Positions 1 through 12,585 of a stretch of DNA of 64,000 nt are shown here, piece after piece. The notes below the pieces were generated by a model. It worked only from the letters and a program-made list of their open reading frames with translations. It searched no databases and was not told the DNA's origin. The position numbers were made by a program, and so were the translations under genes. The stretch is taken from positions 62,001-126,000 of the forward strand of contig JAHDYR010000009.1 of the NCBI GenBank assembly GCA_019828565.1, written 5' to 3'. The DNA is from Carpediemonas membranifera BICM (Eukaryota; Protista; Fornicata). Numbering within the stretch: the stretch's first letter is position 1; the number at the start of each line of letters is the position of its first letter.

Positions 1-22
1 CGACTTCTATAGCAACCCGGAC

Positions 23-2905
23 ATGTTTGCATCGCTGCATGACGAGTTGCCCGACCTCGGCCTGCCCCCCTTCGCCCCAACACCCGAGGAGTTCATCAGC
101 TGGCACAGGAGTCGCCTCGAGCACCACAAGGTCTCTGCCCGTCTCCACCGGTGGATCGACATCACATTCGGTGTTGGTCTACTCGGTCAGGCGGCTGAGA
201 AGAACAAGAACGTCCCAGCCCAGTGGGCCGCCCCGCTCGACTCGCCCGACTCGCACATGTCTGCCCCGGGGTACGTCGCCCTCTTCCACACCCCACACCC
301 GCCCCACCTCAAGGAGGCACAGAGTAGGGCCGATCGGGCAATGGCCCACGCAGCACCCAGCGCCCCCTCATCCCGCCCCGAGAGCCCCATGTCCAGCCAC
401 GAGTCCGACCTGGGGTTGCCCGGCGTCAGGGGGGTCGGCTACGACCGCGTGGACTTCGAGCCGATGACTCCGGACAACGGCGGCGAGTCAGACTCCGACT
501 TTGACTCGGACTACTGCCCTGTACCCACCCCAGCCCCCACGTCTGTCTCGATCACCCAGGCCAAGTCGGGTAAGAACCTCGCACAGCGTCTGGGCACTAA
601 CCTCGGACGGATTGCGGGGATCAACTCAATTTTTAAGGAGGGGTCTCGTCGGAACTCGGCCTCGGAGCTCGGCAGGAACCCCCTGAACGCGGCCATCAAG
701 CAGAGTGCCAACGTGGAGGACCACATCCGATTCTGTATGACTAATCCGCTCGGCCTGGGGGATCGCGGTTTCAGCACCGAGGATAAGACCGTCGAGGAGC
801 TCCAGGCCATCGACCGCAACTCCCTGTGTCACGTGCTGTCCGTGCTCGACGCCAAGGCCGCCCTCCCGACCTGGGGGTCTGCGGGCCCACTCAAACCTAT
901 CATAGCAGCAATCAAATCCGCCGGACTCCAGGAGGCGCTGAGCCGCCTGCCCAGCCACATCCACCGACTGACGGAGCTTTACTCGACCATCTCTGCCCTC
1001 CGCACTACCCAGGCTCGACTCGAGGCCATCGCCTCTGGTGTGGGGGCTCTGCCCCGCTTTGGTAACTTCTTCCTGGCCGTCCTGCCGCTTTGGCGCATGG
1101 CAGTGGAGACGGCGACGATCCCTGACCTGGTGGAGCCGAGCCTCAGGGCCATTGTCGCCATCTGTCGCATGCTCGACATCACCCAGATGAGGGCCGCGTA
1201 CGCACACATCCAGCGGAAACTCCGCGCTGTCATCGTAGCTGCGGACCAGAGAAACACTCCCGCAGCCAAGGATCTGCTCGACAAGCTCATGGCGGTGTAC
1301 ACGCCGACGCTCACGGGGGGCGACATCAGGCATTTGGCAGAGGTCGCCACGAACATGTTCCTCGCAGACGCCATGCAGGACGGCCCCCCGCTCCCATTCG
1401 TGTCCTACGACGGCGTGCTGGACGCCCCGCCCTCGGCCGCGGTGCTCACGCTGCTCAGGCAACAGCACGACCTTGCCATCAGGTTCCAGGGCTTTGCCAT
1501 GGAGCTGATCGAGTCAACCCTCCGCGCCCTCCACACTGACACCCAGACCATCGGTCAGGTAGGCACCCTGGCGGCTGCAGTGACCGTGCTTGACTCAACT
1601 CTGGATGGGTTACAGACCGACGCCCTCGTGACGGGGGCAGTCAACCATCTTGGGCCAATCCTCACTGTCGCAGCACTCGAGGCGGCGGACAGCGATATCC
1701 TACGCCGCGCAGCAGTGGTCCTGTGCAGCGGACTCGCGTCGATTACTGCCAAGTGCCCCGCCGTAACCGGCTCCGTCCTCGCAGTCGCCCTGCTCGGCTG
1801 GACCTCGCCCAGGGAAACCCGACTGGACCGTCTGCAGTCACCCCTCATCGATCTGATGAAAACGGAGCCGAGACTGCTGCCCGGCATGTATCTTCTGATG
1901 GACCGGCTGATCTCTGACCGCCGTATCCAGGTCCAGACGGCGATCGTCCCCATCCTCCCTGACGACCTCCCAGCCCCTTGGGCCAGCCTCATCGCCAACC
2001 TTGGCACGCACACTCCCAAGGTACGGCCCAAGCCGGTCCAGGTGCCCTCCAGGGACCCGGCTGCCATGCTCGGCGGGCTCGTCGTGTGCAAGAAGCTGCT
2101 GCCGTGTGTCACCCCGCACGCTAAGGTCGTCAACCACGGAACCCGCGCCCTTGTCTGGACCCCGGGTGTGCCTGGCGTGACCCTGCTCGACACGGTGCTC
2201 CTCGAGTCGCTTCCGGCAGAGGGCCTCGAGACATGCGCCGCACCGGATACTGCAGACTTGCTCTCGGATGCGATAGTCACCGCGGGGGACGGCAAGGTCT
2301 CGGTTTACACCCTGCAGGGAGACCTCCTAGGCCGGTGGAGACTCGGGCCCGCCGGTTCGTCCGCGGCAGTTGTTGTGACTCAAGAGGAGTCTAATCAATT
2401 GATTAAGGTCGCCGTGGCCGGCAATCTGGTGACAGTCGACCCGAAGGAGCTTTTGGTCCTCGAATCTATTCGGATCCCAGACTATATCCGGACAATCTGG
2501 GCTGATGCCGGCTCCCGTCTCTTGGGCCACACCAAGCGGAGCATTTACCTGCTGAGCGCGACGAGCCCTCTCGTGGCAACGACCCCGTCAGACATTGTTG
2601 CCGTCGCGGCGCATCCCACCATTGATGGTGCGCTGATTGCCACCGCGGACAAGGCCGTCTACGCTGTGAATACGACGACAGGGCTCACCCGCATCGCCAC
2701 GCTCCCGGACGCCGCAGTGGGCATCGGCAATGTGTGCGGGCATGCGCTATTTGCCCACAGCCTCGGGGTCTCGCTGCTCGTTGACGGCTGTCTCGAATCG
2801 TACAAGGTTGCCGAGTTCAGCAAGCTTTCGGCGTTTTGCGAGGCGAGCGCGGGCATGAATAGTTGGCTCGCGTTCTTTGATGGCCATGTGGGCCTCTTCT
2901 CGTAG
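23..2905 (+). CDS. WDR81-like BEACH/WD40 protein (5' end probably outside the window)
   Basis: PEEFISWHRSRLE...LHRWIDITFG...AAEKNKNV matches the BEACH-domain C-terminus of WDR81-type proteins; beta-propeller-like C-terminus. Confidence 0.7.
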   Translation: MFASLHDELPDLGLPPFAPTPEEFISWHRSRLEHHKVSARLHRWIDITFGVGLLGQAAEKNKNVPAQWAAPLDSPDSHMSAPGYVALFHTPHPPHLKEAQSRADRAMAHAAPSAPSSRPESPMSSHESDLGLPGVRGVGYDRVDFEPMTPDNGGESDSDFDSDYCPVPTPAPTSVSITQAKSGKNLAQRLGTNLGRIAGINSIFKEGSRRNSASELGRNPLNAAIKQSANVEDHIRFCMTNPLGLGDRGFSTEDKTVEELQAIDRNSLCHVLSVLDAKAALPTWGSAGPLKPIIAAIKSAGLQEALSRLPSHIHRLTELYSTISALRTTQARLEAIASGVGALPRFGNFFLAVLPLWRMAVETATIPDLVEPSLRAIVAICRMLDITQMRAAYAHIQRKLRAVIVAADQRNTPAAKDLLDKLMAVYTPTLTGGDIRHLAEVATNMFLADAMQDGPPLPFVSYDGVLDAPPSAAVLTLLRQQHDLAIRFQGFAMELIESTLRALHTDTQTIGQVGTLAAAVTVLDSTLDGLQTDALVTGAVNHLGPILTVAALEAADSDILRRAAVVLCSGLASITAKCPAVTGSVLAVALLGWTSPRETRLDRLQSPLIDLMKTEPRLLPGMYLLMDRLISDRRIQVQTAIVPILPDDLPAPWASLIANLGTHTPKVRPKPVQVPSRDPAAMLGGLVVCKKLLPCVTPHAKVVNHGTRALVWTPGVPGVTLLDTVLLESLPAEGLETCAAPDTADLLSDAIVTAGDGKVSVYTLQGDLLGRWRLGPAGSSAAVVVTQEESNQLIKVAVAGNLVTVDPKELLVLESIRIPDYIRTIWADAGSRLLGHTKRSIYLLSATSPLVATTPSDIVAVAAHPTIDGALIATADKAVYAVNTTTGLTRIATLPDAAVGIGNVCGHALFAHSLGVSLLVDGCLESYKVAEFSKLSAFCEASAGMNSWLAFFDGHVGLFS

Positions 2906-3138
2906 GGCCGTGGATAGTTTTATTTAAATTGTACTGTGCGCTGACCAAGCCAGTCGTTCAAACTTCCCCTGCTTCGGCGACACGCTTCCGTCGTCCATGC
3001 AAGCTCCGGCCAAGACAAGAGGGTTCAGTGGGTTCCTTCGTGCCGAGTGCCATGGAGGCGGCTGTACGGCGGCCGTTCGACTCTCATCATTTTCATTTTT
3101 GATCGGCTTGCGTTGCATTGCGTTGCGAAAAGGGCGAT

Positions 3139-4032
3139 ATGTACCGGAAACGCAAGTATGTGAAGATGCAGCAGGACTACCTGTATAGAAAGAGCAAGGA
3201 GTCCTCCCAACAGGAAGAAACGGACAAACGGAACAAGATTGTATCGGCTTTGAAAGAAGGCAAGGCTATTCCGACCGAGCTCCGCCGGGACGCGTACCAA
3301 CTTGCGAAAGATGCCGAGTTTGACGACGTTATCTCCTCAGAAATTGTCCAAAACCACCTAGACGACGAATACCAAGAGGTCGGCATCCGGGAGCCCCGAA
3401 TCCTCATCACCACATCCCACAACGCCTCAGGACCCCTCAAAACGTTCGTTAAGGAGCTGAAGCTCATGATCCCCAATGCTGAGAAGGTGAATCGAGGGAA
3501 GGAGACGATGCGTGACGTCATTGAGAATGCTCGGGACAACTTCACGGACGTGATCCTCGTTCACGAGCACGGTGGCAAGCCCGACACCATGATCATATCC
3601 CACCTGCCCTATGGGCCTACCGCCTACTTCAGCCTCGAGAACGTAGTGCTCCGCAGCCAGGTGCTGGCTGCTCTCGAGCGCCGCAACCCTGGCGCGAGCA
3701 AGAAGCCGACCAGCGGGGCCGCTCCGCACCTGATATTTGACGGGTTCAGTACCCTCCTGGGTCAGCGCCTTCGTATGATCCTGAAACACATCTTCCCCGT
3801 GCCAAAAGTTGCATCAAGACGCGTTGTCACATTCGCCAACGAAAACAACCACATTGTCTTCAGGAACCACATCTACACGCGCGGGAAGAATGACGAGGTG
3901 GAGCTCGAGGAGCTCGGGCCCCGGTTTGACATGAGACCCTTCCGTATTCAGGCCGGTACTTATAATGAGAAGGCGACGGATGACGAGTGGGCTCTGAGAG
4001 GATTCATGAACAAGAGCCGCGTGGACTTGTGA
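3139..4032 (+). CDS. IMP4: U3 snoRNP protein Imp4 (Brix domain)
   Basis: Motifs YLYRK, IPTELR, HLPYGPTAYFSL, ELGPRFDMR; first ATG at 3139. Confidence 0.93.
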   Translation: MYRKRKYVKMQQDYLYRKSKESSQQEETDKRNKIVSALKEGKAIPTELRRDAYQLAKDAEFDDVISSEIVQNHLDDEYQEVGIREPRILITTSHNASGPLKTFVKELKLMIPNAEKVNRGKETMRDVIENARDNFTDVILVHEHGGKPDTMIISHLPYGPTAYFSLENVVLRSQVLAALERRNPGASKKPTSGAAPHLIFDGFSTLLGQRLRMILKHIFPVPKVASRRVVTFANENNHIVFRNHIYTRGKNDEVELEELGPRFDMRPFRIQAGTYNEKATDDEWALRGFMNKSRVDL

Positions 4033-4294
4033 GGCGCGCGGCCGCGGTAAATATTTTCGGATTGGTCGGGTGGGAAGCAGAGCGACGTGCGTCGGGTCCC
4101 ACGCTGGGTGTGTCGGAACACGAAGCTGTTCTCGTTCAGCATGTGCCCCCAGAGGTCCTGCGGCGGTGGTTCTTCGGATGGCGACTAAATTGATGCCTAA
4201 TAAATTTGCTCAAAAAGGCAAATGTGTCGATCTTCCATGCATTACCACTGTTTACCGGCGCGATTAGGACCTCGGGCGGCCTGGCGGCGGCTGA

Positions 4295-5704
<1,410 letters not shown>

Positions 5705-5900
5705 ATGCAATGTCCAGGATGACCTCTTCACAGTCAAGCCGCTGCACATGACTACGGTCTCCAACGAGCATGTTGTGGGCGCGCGACCTCGGCCCGGGAG
5801 TTCACACGTGCGCTCCAGACCATAGTGCCTATCCTGAGGTGACTGGGCCCAGGTTATCCGGGCCGCAGTTTAGCGTTGTAGATTTGGCGGTGCTGCGCAA

Positions 5901-7169
5901 ATGCAGTTCAACAAGCCCACACACTGCACATCGTACATTGATTTCGGCACAGAATACAATTTCTTGCCGACATCCGTTTCATTTTCCACTGAGGGGCGTT
6001 ACTTCGCTGTCGGAGGCTCCTTTGTCGATTCCAAGGATACTGGGGAGCCTGACGCTGTCCTAATCCTTGATGCGTTTGATCAGTTCCTTGTGCGCAAGAT
6101 CAATGTCCGTAACCTTGCTCAGGATGATCCGCTTGAACACCTTGCATTCGGCCAGTCAAACGCCACGATTTTCACACTGAGCAGGTTCGGTAAGCTTTCA
6201 GTCTGGGCAATCACTGACCCATACTGCGATCCTGTCCTTCTGAATGCGGCTGAGCTCCTCCCTGAAACTGAAAGGACGACCAGCGTCAGCCAGCTCACAC
6301 TCAAGTTTGAAAACGGGACCCCCAAGGCGCTGGTCACCTTCCTCAACCAGCCCCCTGTGTTAATCAGCTGGGACTCAAGCTGGAACCTGGCACGCGAGCA
6401 CTTGGACCTGAGCGCCCTTTTCGGCGTCGACCAGACCCTCCAGGACGTTGCAGCCAGCTGGGTCGACCATGGCATCATACTCACACACGCGGCCACCACA
6501 GACATTGTCCTTCTCGACCCGACCACCAGGGCTGTCCTGGCCAGGAGAAAGGATCCGAAGCTCCGGGGCCATCTGGTCAAGAAGGTCGTCGCACACGGGC
6601 CGGACGTCGTCATTCTCAGCCAGAGTCTGAAGGTGTATATCTCTACTATCATGTCCTATCGAGTTACTCAATCAAAGATATCGGATTCGACCAACTTATC
6701 AGATTCGACGGCCCAGCAGTTTTATGTCGACGTTGACCTCAACTCCGATGGGTCCTACGCCCTGGGCATCACTGCTGGCCTAATCAGCATGTTCTCCATT
6801 GAGCGGGGCATGTTCGACTCGTCCATTACTGGGCCAGAGGCCACACCGTACGCCAAGACGGCTGATTTCACTATACAGAAGGTCAGCGCCACACCTGCCA
6901 TGCCGCCCGCCCCGCCCATGGTGATCGTGCTCAGCGAGGGCGTGGCTTGGGTCCTGTCAGTTGACCCACCCCAAAACTTCGCTGCATATAAGCCCGATTT
7001 CATTTATTACGACCAGAACAGGGCGTATGAGGAGCGCGAGACGGAGTTTGACAAGGAACCTGAGGCCCAGCCCGAAGATGACGCAGAGAAGGCCCAGGAG
7101 GAGATGGACGTCAGGCTGATGGGCGAGCCTGCCATTGCTGATTTATCAGGGACCCTACGGTGTATATGA
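5901..7169 (+). CDS. RBBP5: RBBP5/Swd1-like WD40 COMPASS subunit
   Basis: WD40-like body followed by FAAYKPDFIYYDQNRAYEERETEFD, matching the RBBP5 APDF...EYEERESEFD motif. Confidence 0.75.
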   Translation: MQFNKPTHCTSYIDFGTEYNFLPTSVSFSTEGRYFAVGGSFVDSKDTGEPDAVLILDAFDQFLVRKINVRNLAQDDPLEHLAFGQSNATIFTLSRFGKLSVWAITDPYCDPVLLNAAELLPETERTTSVSQLTLKFENGTPKALVTFLNQPPVLISWDSSWNLAREHLDLSALFGVDQTLQDVAASWVDHGIILTHAATTDIVLLDPTTRAVLARRKDPKLRGHLVKKVVAHGPDVVILSQSLKVYISTIMSYRVTQSKISDSTNLSDSTAQQFYVDVDLNSDGSYALGITAGLISMFSIERGMFDSSITGPEATPYAKTADFTIQKVSATPAMPPAPPMVIVLSEGVAWVLSVDPPQNFAAYKPDFIYYDQNRAYEERETEFDKEPEAQPEDDAEKAQEEMDVRLMGEPAIADLSGTLRCI

Positions 7170-7552
7170 GTCATGTAAATGGCCTAGGTGGGGTAGTATT
7201 ATGGTGCCAGTGGTGTCCGGGGCTGGTTGAATGCCCCACAAATCTTCAGAGTCACAATGCGGTGCTAAACTAGCGGACAATGACAGATACCCTGGGAACA
7301 ACCAGTGACCATATGCACGGAGCCAGGATGACTCAGTGACTCGCTTACTTGGATCTGATCCGGTTGAAAATGGTTAAAAACTAAGAGATGCCCCTCACCT
7401 CTGGCTGACACCCCCACCCTCTTGGGAGCCCTATTCCATTTTCTCGGCCCTCCCAATAGGTCACGATTCGTCTGCGCTATGATTCCCGTAAGGAATACTC
7501 GGAGCAAATCGTATCTAGGTAAGGCAGAACGAGAGTTGTTTAGAACTTTTCA

Positions 7553-8326
7553 ATGTCCACTTGCGCGTCCCTTTTCAACGTTAAGGATAAGGTTGCCATC
7601 ATTACGGGTGCCTCTTCCGGTCTCGGAGTCCAATTCGCTGAATGCCTTGCCCAGAACGGCGCCAAGACTGTCATCATGGCTCGTCGCGTCGAGAAGCTCG
7701 AGGAGATCGCCAAGAACATCACTGCTGACGGCGGTGAGTGCTTCCCTATTCAGTGCGATGTCGGTGAGCTCGATGACGTGAAGAAGGCCGTCGCTGCCAT
7801 CAAGGAGAAGTATGGCCGCATCGATATTCTTGTCAACAACGCCGGCATCGCCGAGTTCTCCACCGGTGTGCTTGACCACACCCTCGAGGCCTGGGATCGC
7901 GTCATGAAGTGCGACCTGACCGCAGTTTTCCTCATGACCCGCGAGTGTGCCTATGTCATGAAGGAGAACAACTACGGCAAGATCATTAACATCGCCTCCG
8001 TCGGCGGCATCCAGGCTAACAACCTCCAGACCTCCTACCACGCTGCAAAGGCGGGAGTAATCGGCTTCACCAAGACTGCCGCCAACTCCCTTGCCGAGCA
8101 CGGCATCACGGTCAACGCCATCGGCCCCGGCGTCTTCGTGTCCGAGATGACCGACCAGGTCAAGGACGCCCCCGCCATGGTCCAGATCCGCGAGCGGACG
8201 GCCATGAAGCGCTTCGGCAACCCCGGCGAGCTCAACGGCGCCATGCTCTACTTCGCCACCGACGCCTCCACATACACCACCGGGCAGTCTATCTTCGTCG
8301 ACGGCGGCCTCACCTGCTCCCTGTAA
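7553..8326 (+). CDS. Short-chain dehydrogenase/reductase (gluconate 5-dehydrogenase/FabG-like)
   Basis: TGASSGLG, NNAG, catalytic YHAAK, VDGG. Confidence 0.92.
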   Translation: MSTCASLFNVKDKVAIITGASSGLGVQFAECLAQNGAKTVIMARRVEKLEEIAKNITADGGECFPIQCDVGELDDVKKAVAAIKEKYGRIDILVNNAGIAEFSTGVLDHTLEAWDRVMKCDLTAVFLMTRECAYVMKENNYGKIINIASVGGIQANNLQTSYHAAKAGVIGFTKTAANSLAEHGITVNAIGPGVFVSEMTDQVKDAPAMVQIRERTAMKRFGNPGELNGAMLYFATDASTYTTGQSIFVDGGLTCSL

Positions 8327-8559
8327 ATCACCGTGATCGTTCCTTTGTCCAAATCCGGAGAATGATCTGATCGTGATCAAATGCGGGAATGTGCGAGAAA
8401 ATGAAAACTAGCGCGAGCCGGTCGTACGGCGGGAGTATGGCCGACCTGCCACTCGTTTTGCACATTTGGTCTGGCCGTATCTTTTGGGATCTAGTCCATG
8501 TCGGTCAATGCAGACCGATTGAGACTCAGAACACCGTCTTGAAAGACAAACCTTCCAGC

Positions 8560-10033
8560 ATGCCCGCTACCATCGAGAACCTTATCGAGATCATCAAGCG
8601 CCGCGATCCCGTTCGTCTCCTGCAGTTTCAGCGCTCAGCGACTGCTCCTTCCTTGACAACCGCTGCACAATCCGTGCAGGCGGCTCATTGAAGGCGTAGC
8701 AGAAGCTCTAGCAACGATTTCTGCTTATTAACCACTAACGCAGGGCCAGCCCGAGTTCCAGCAGGCCGCTTTCGAGGTTATCGAGTCCGTCCGCCCCCTT
8801 CTTGAGAAGGAACCCAAGTACATCCCCATCATGGAGCGCATGCTCGAGCCCGAGCGCGTCATCCAGTTCCGCGTCCCCTGGATCAACGACAAGGGCGAGC
8901 AGGAGGTCAACCGTGCCTTCCGCGTTGAGTTCAACAGCGCCCTCGGCCCCTACAAGGGCGGCCTCCGCTTCCACCCCAGCGTGAACCTCTCCATCATCAA
9001 GTTCCTCGGCTTCGAGCAGATCCTCAAGAACTCCCTTACCACCCTCCAGATGGGTGCCGGCAAGGGTGGCTCCGACTTCGACCCCAAGGGCAAGTCCGAC
9101 AACGAAGTCATGCGCTTCTGCCAGTCCTTCATGACCGAGCTCTCCCGCCACATCGGCGCTAACACTGACGTCCCCGCTGGTGACATCGGTGTCGGCGGCA
9201 GGGAGATCGGCTACATGTTCGGCCAGTACAAGCGTGTCCGCAACGTCTTCGAGGGTGTCCTTACCGGCAAGGGCCTCAACTGGGGTGGCTCCCTCATCCG
9301 GCCCGAGGCTACCGGCTACGGCGCCGTCTACTACGCCCAGAACATGATGGAGGCCAACGGCATGACCCTCAAGGGCAAGCGCTGCGCCGTCTCCGGCTCT
9401 GGCAACGTTGCTCAGTTCGCCATCGAGAAGCTTCTCGACCTCGGCGCCATCCCCGTGACCTGCTCCGACTCCTCTGGCTACATCCTCGAGGAGAGCGGCT
9501 TCACCCGTGAGCAGCTCGCCGAGATCATGCGCATCAAGAACGTCGCCCGCGCTCGCATCTCCGAGTACACCAAGTTCTCCAAGACCGCCAAGTTCTTCCC
9601 CGGCAAGCGCCCTTGGGAGGTTGCCTGCGATGCCGCTTTCCCCTGCGCTACCCAGAACGAGGTCGAGAAGGCTGATGCCGAGGCCCTCGTCAAGGGCGGC
9701 TGCAAGTGCATCTCCGAGGGTGCCAACATGCCCACCACCCCCGAGGGTATCGAGGTCTACCTCGCCAACGGTGTCCTCTACGGCCCCGCCAAGGCTGCCA
9801 ACGCCGGCGGTGTCGCTGTCTCTGGCCTCGAGATGGCCCAGAACTCCCAGCGCCTTGCCTGGACCCGCGAGGATGTTGATGCCAAGCTCGCTAGCATCAT
9901 GAAGAACATCTTCGACAACTGCGCTAACAACGCCAAGCTCTACGCCGACAAGCCCACCAACTACATGGTTGGCGCCAACATCGCTGGCTTCGTCAAGGTC
10001 GCCGACGCCATGCTCGACCAGGGCTGCGTGTAA
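8560..10033 (+). CDS. gdhA: NADP-dependent glutamate dehydrogenase copy 1; exons 8560-8610 and 8744-10033
   Basis: [17 protein letters not shown] joined to GQPEFQQA across intron GTTCGT..ACTAACGCAG (8611-8743); [25 protein letters not shown]. Confidence 0.95.
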
Positions 10034-10507
10034 GTTTCGTGTTTTAAAATCATGTTTAATGCTTGATGCCCACCACTGCCAGCCTGGCTATGCGTGTTCT
10101 TGATGCCATGTGAGTGGAGCGGTGGGTCGGGTCGACCTGATCCATACTGCCCAATCCCCTAGGTTATCTGTTAGCAGTTTTGTCACATAACATAAGGTGT
10201 GGCTTGCAGTGGCCTCCACATACACCACCGGGCAGTCTATCTTCGTCGACGGCGGCCTCACCTGCTCCCTGTAAATCACCGTGATCGTTCCTTTGTCCAA
10301 ATCCGGAGAATGATCTGATCGTGATCAAATGCGGGAATGTGCGAGAAAATGAAAACTAGCGCGAGCCGGTCGTACGGCGGGAGTATGGCCGACCTGCCAC
10401 TCGTTTTGCACATTTGGTCTGGCCGTATCTTTTGGGATCTAGTCCATGTCGGTCAATGCAGACCGATTGAGACTCAGAACACCGTCTTGAAAGACAAACC
10501 TTCCAGC

Positions 10508-11981
10508 ATGCCCGCTACCATCGAGAACCTTATCGAGATCATCAAGCGCCGCGATCCCGTTCGTCTCCTGCAGTTTCAGCGCTCAGCGACTGCTCCTTCC
10601 TTGACAACCGCTGCACAATCCGTGCAGGCGGCTCATTGAAGGCGTAGCAGAAGCTCTAGCAACGATTTCTGCTTATTAACCACTAACGCAGGGCCAGCCC
10701 GAGTTCCAGCAGGCCGCTTTCGAGGTTATCGAGTCCGTCCGCCCCCTTCTTGAGAAGGAACCCAAGTACATCCCCATCATGGAGCGCATGCTCGAGCCCG
10801 AGCGCGTCATCCAGTTCCGCGTCCCCTGGATCAACGACAAGGGCGAGCAGGAGGTCAACCGTGCCTTCCGCGTTGAGTTCAACAGCGCCCTCGGCCCCTA
10901 CAAGGGCGGCCTCCGCTTCCACCCCAGCGTGAACCTCTCCATCATCAAGTTCCTCGGCTTCGAGCAGATCCTCAAGAACTCCCTTACCACCCTCCAGATG
11001 GGTGCCGGCAAGGGTGGCTCCGACTTCGACCCCAAGGGCAAGTCCGACAACGAAGTCATGCGCTTCTGCCAGTCCTTCATGACCGAGCTCTCCCGCCACA
11101 TCGGCGCTAACACTGACGTCCCCGCTGGTGACATCGGTGTCGGCGGCAGGGAGATCGGCTACATGTTCGGCCAGTACAAGCGTGTCCGCAACGTCTTCGA
11201 GGGTGTCCTTACCGGCAAGGGCCTCAACTGGGGTGGCTCCCTCATCCGGCCCGAGGCTACCGGCTACGGCGCCGTCTACTACGCCCAGAACATGATGGAG
11301 GCCAACGGCATGACCCTCAAGGGCAAGCGCTGCGCCGTCTCCGGCTCTGGCAACGTTGCTCAGTTCGCCATCGAGAAGCTTCTCGACCTCGGCGCCATCC
11401 CCGTGACCTGCTCCGACTCCTCTGGCTACATCCTCGAGGAGAGCGGCTTCACCCGTGAGCAGCTCGCCGAGATCATGCGCATCAAGAACGTCGCCCGCGC
11501 TCGCATCTCCGAGTACACCAAGTTCTCCAAGACCGCCAAGTTCTTCCCCGGCAAGCGCCCTTGGGAGGTTGCCTGCGATGCCGCTTTCCCCTGCGCTACC
11601 CAGAACGAGGTCGAGAAGGCTGATGCCGAGGCCCTCGTCAAGGGCGGCTGCAAGTGCATCTCCGAGGGTGCCAACATGCCCACCACCCCCGAGGGTATCG
11701 AGGTCTACCTCGCCAACGGTGTCCTCTACGGCCCCGCCAAGGCTGCCAACGCCGGCGGTGTCGCTGTCTCTGGCCTCGAGATGGCCCAGAACTCCCAGCG
11801 CCTTGCCTGGACCCGCGAGGATGTTGATGCCAAGCTCGCTAGCATCATGAAGAACATCTTCGACAACTGCGCTAACAACGCCAAGCTCTACGCCGACAAG
11901 CCCACCAACTACATGGTTGGCGCCAACATCGCTGGCTTCGTCAAGGTCGCCGACGCCATGCTCGACCAGGGCTGCGTGTAA
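10508..11981 (+). CDS. gdhA: NADP-dependent glutamate dehydrogenase copy 2; exons 10508-10558 and 10692-11981
   Basis: Same as copy 1 at offset +1948. Confidence 0.93.
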
Positions 11982-12090
11982 GTTTCGTGTTTTAAAATCA
12001 TGTTTAATGCTTGATGCCCACCACTGCCAGCCTGGCTATGCGTGTTCTTGATGCCATGTGAGTGGAGCGGTGGGTCGGGTCGACCTGATC

Positions 12091-12159
12091 CATACTGCCC
12101 AATCCCCTAGGTTATCTGTTAGCAGTTTTGTCACATAACCTAGGGGATTGGGCAGTATG
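12091..12159. repeat. 25-bp perfect inverted repeat (hairpin or mini-MITE)
   Basis: CATACTGCCCAATCCCCTAGGTTAT (12091-12115) and its reverse complement (12135-12159), flanked by TC on both sides. Confidence 0.85.
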
Positions 12160-12585
12160 TCAGCGTGTTGTCTGGCAGAACTGAGAGACCAGTCTCTGCG
12201 AAGGCTTCCGCCTGAGTGGTCGTCAGCATGGCTTAAAGAACCCCATCTTGCTCATGTTGTGACAGTCTGGTCGAGGATGGCTGGACTGGTCACACCCATG
12301 ACGCAGCGGCTCGGCCTTGACAGAGGGACGGGCGCCGGCCGTAAAAGGAGTCAGCTGCGGGGCACGGTCGGCAGGACGGGTAGAAACCGTGACAGGCGGA
12401 GGGCGCGAGGTGGAGCATGTGCGGACGCGGTCTCAAACAGCACGACGACTCAACGGGCCTCGGCTTGGTCGTCAACTAGGAAGAGGGCGGCCCTCTTGGC
12501 GTCGACCAGAGTCTCGGAATGCAGATGCTTGACATGCTCCCGGAGGGCAGCGGCACTCAGATTCTCACGACGACTACTCGCATTC

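Larger units (their letters stand above)
8264..12139 (+). repeat. Tandem duplication (8264-10191 and 10212-12139) containing the SDR 3' end and GDH, with a 20-bp spacer
   Basis: Direct sequence identity at 1948-bp offset; identical ORF translations. Confidence 0.95.
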
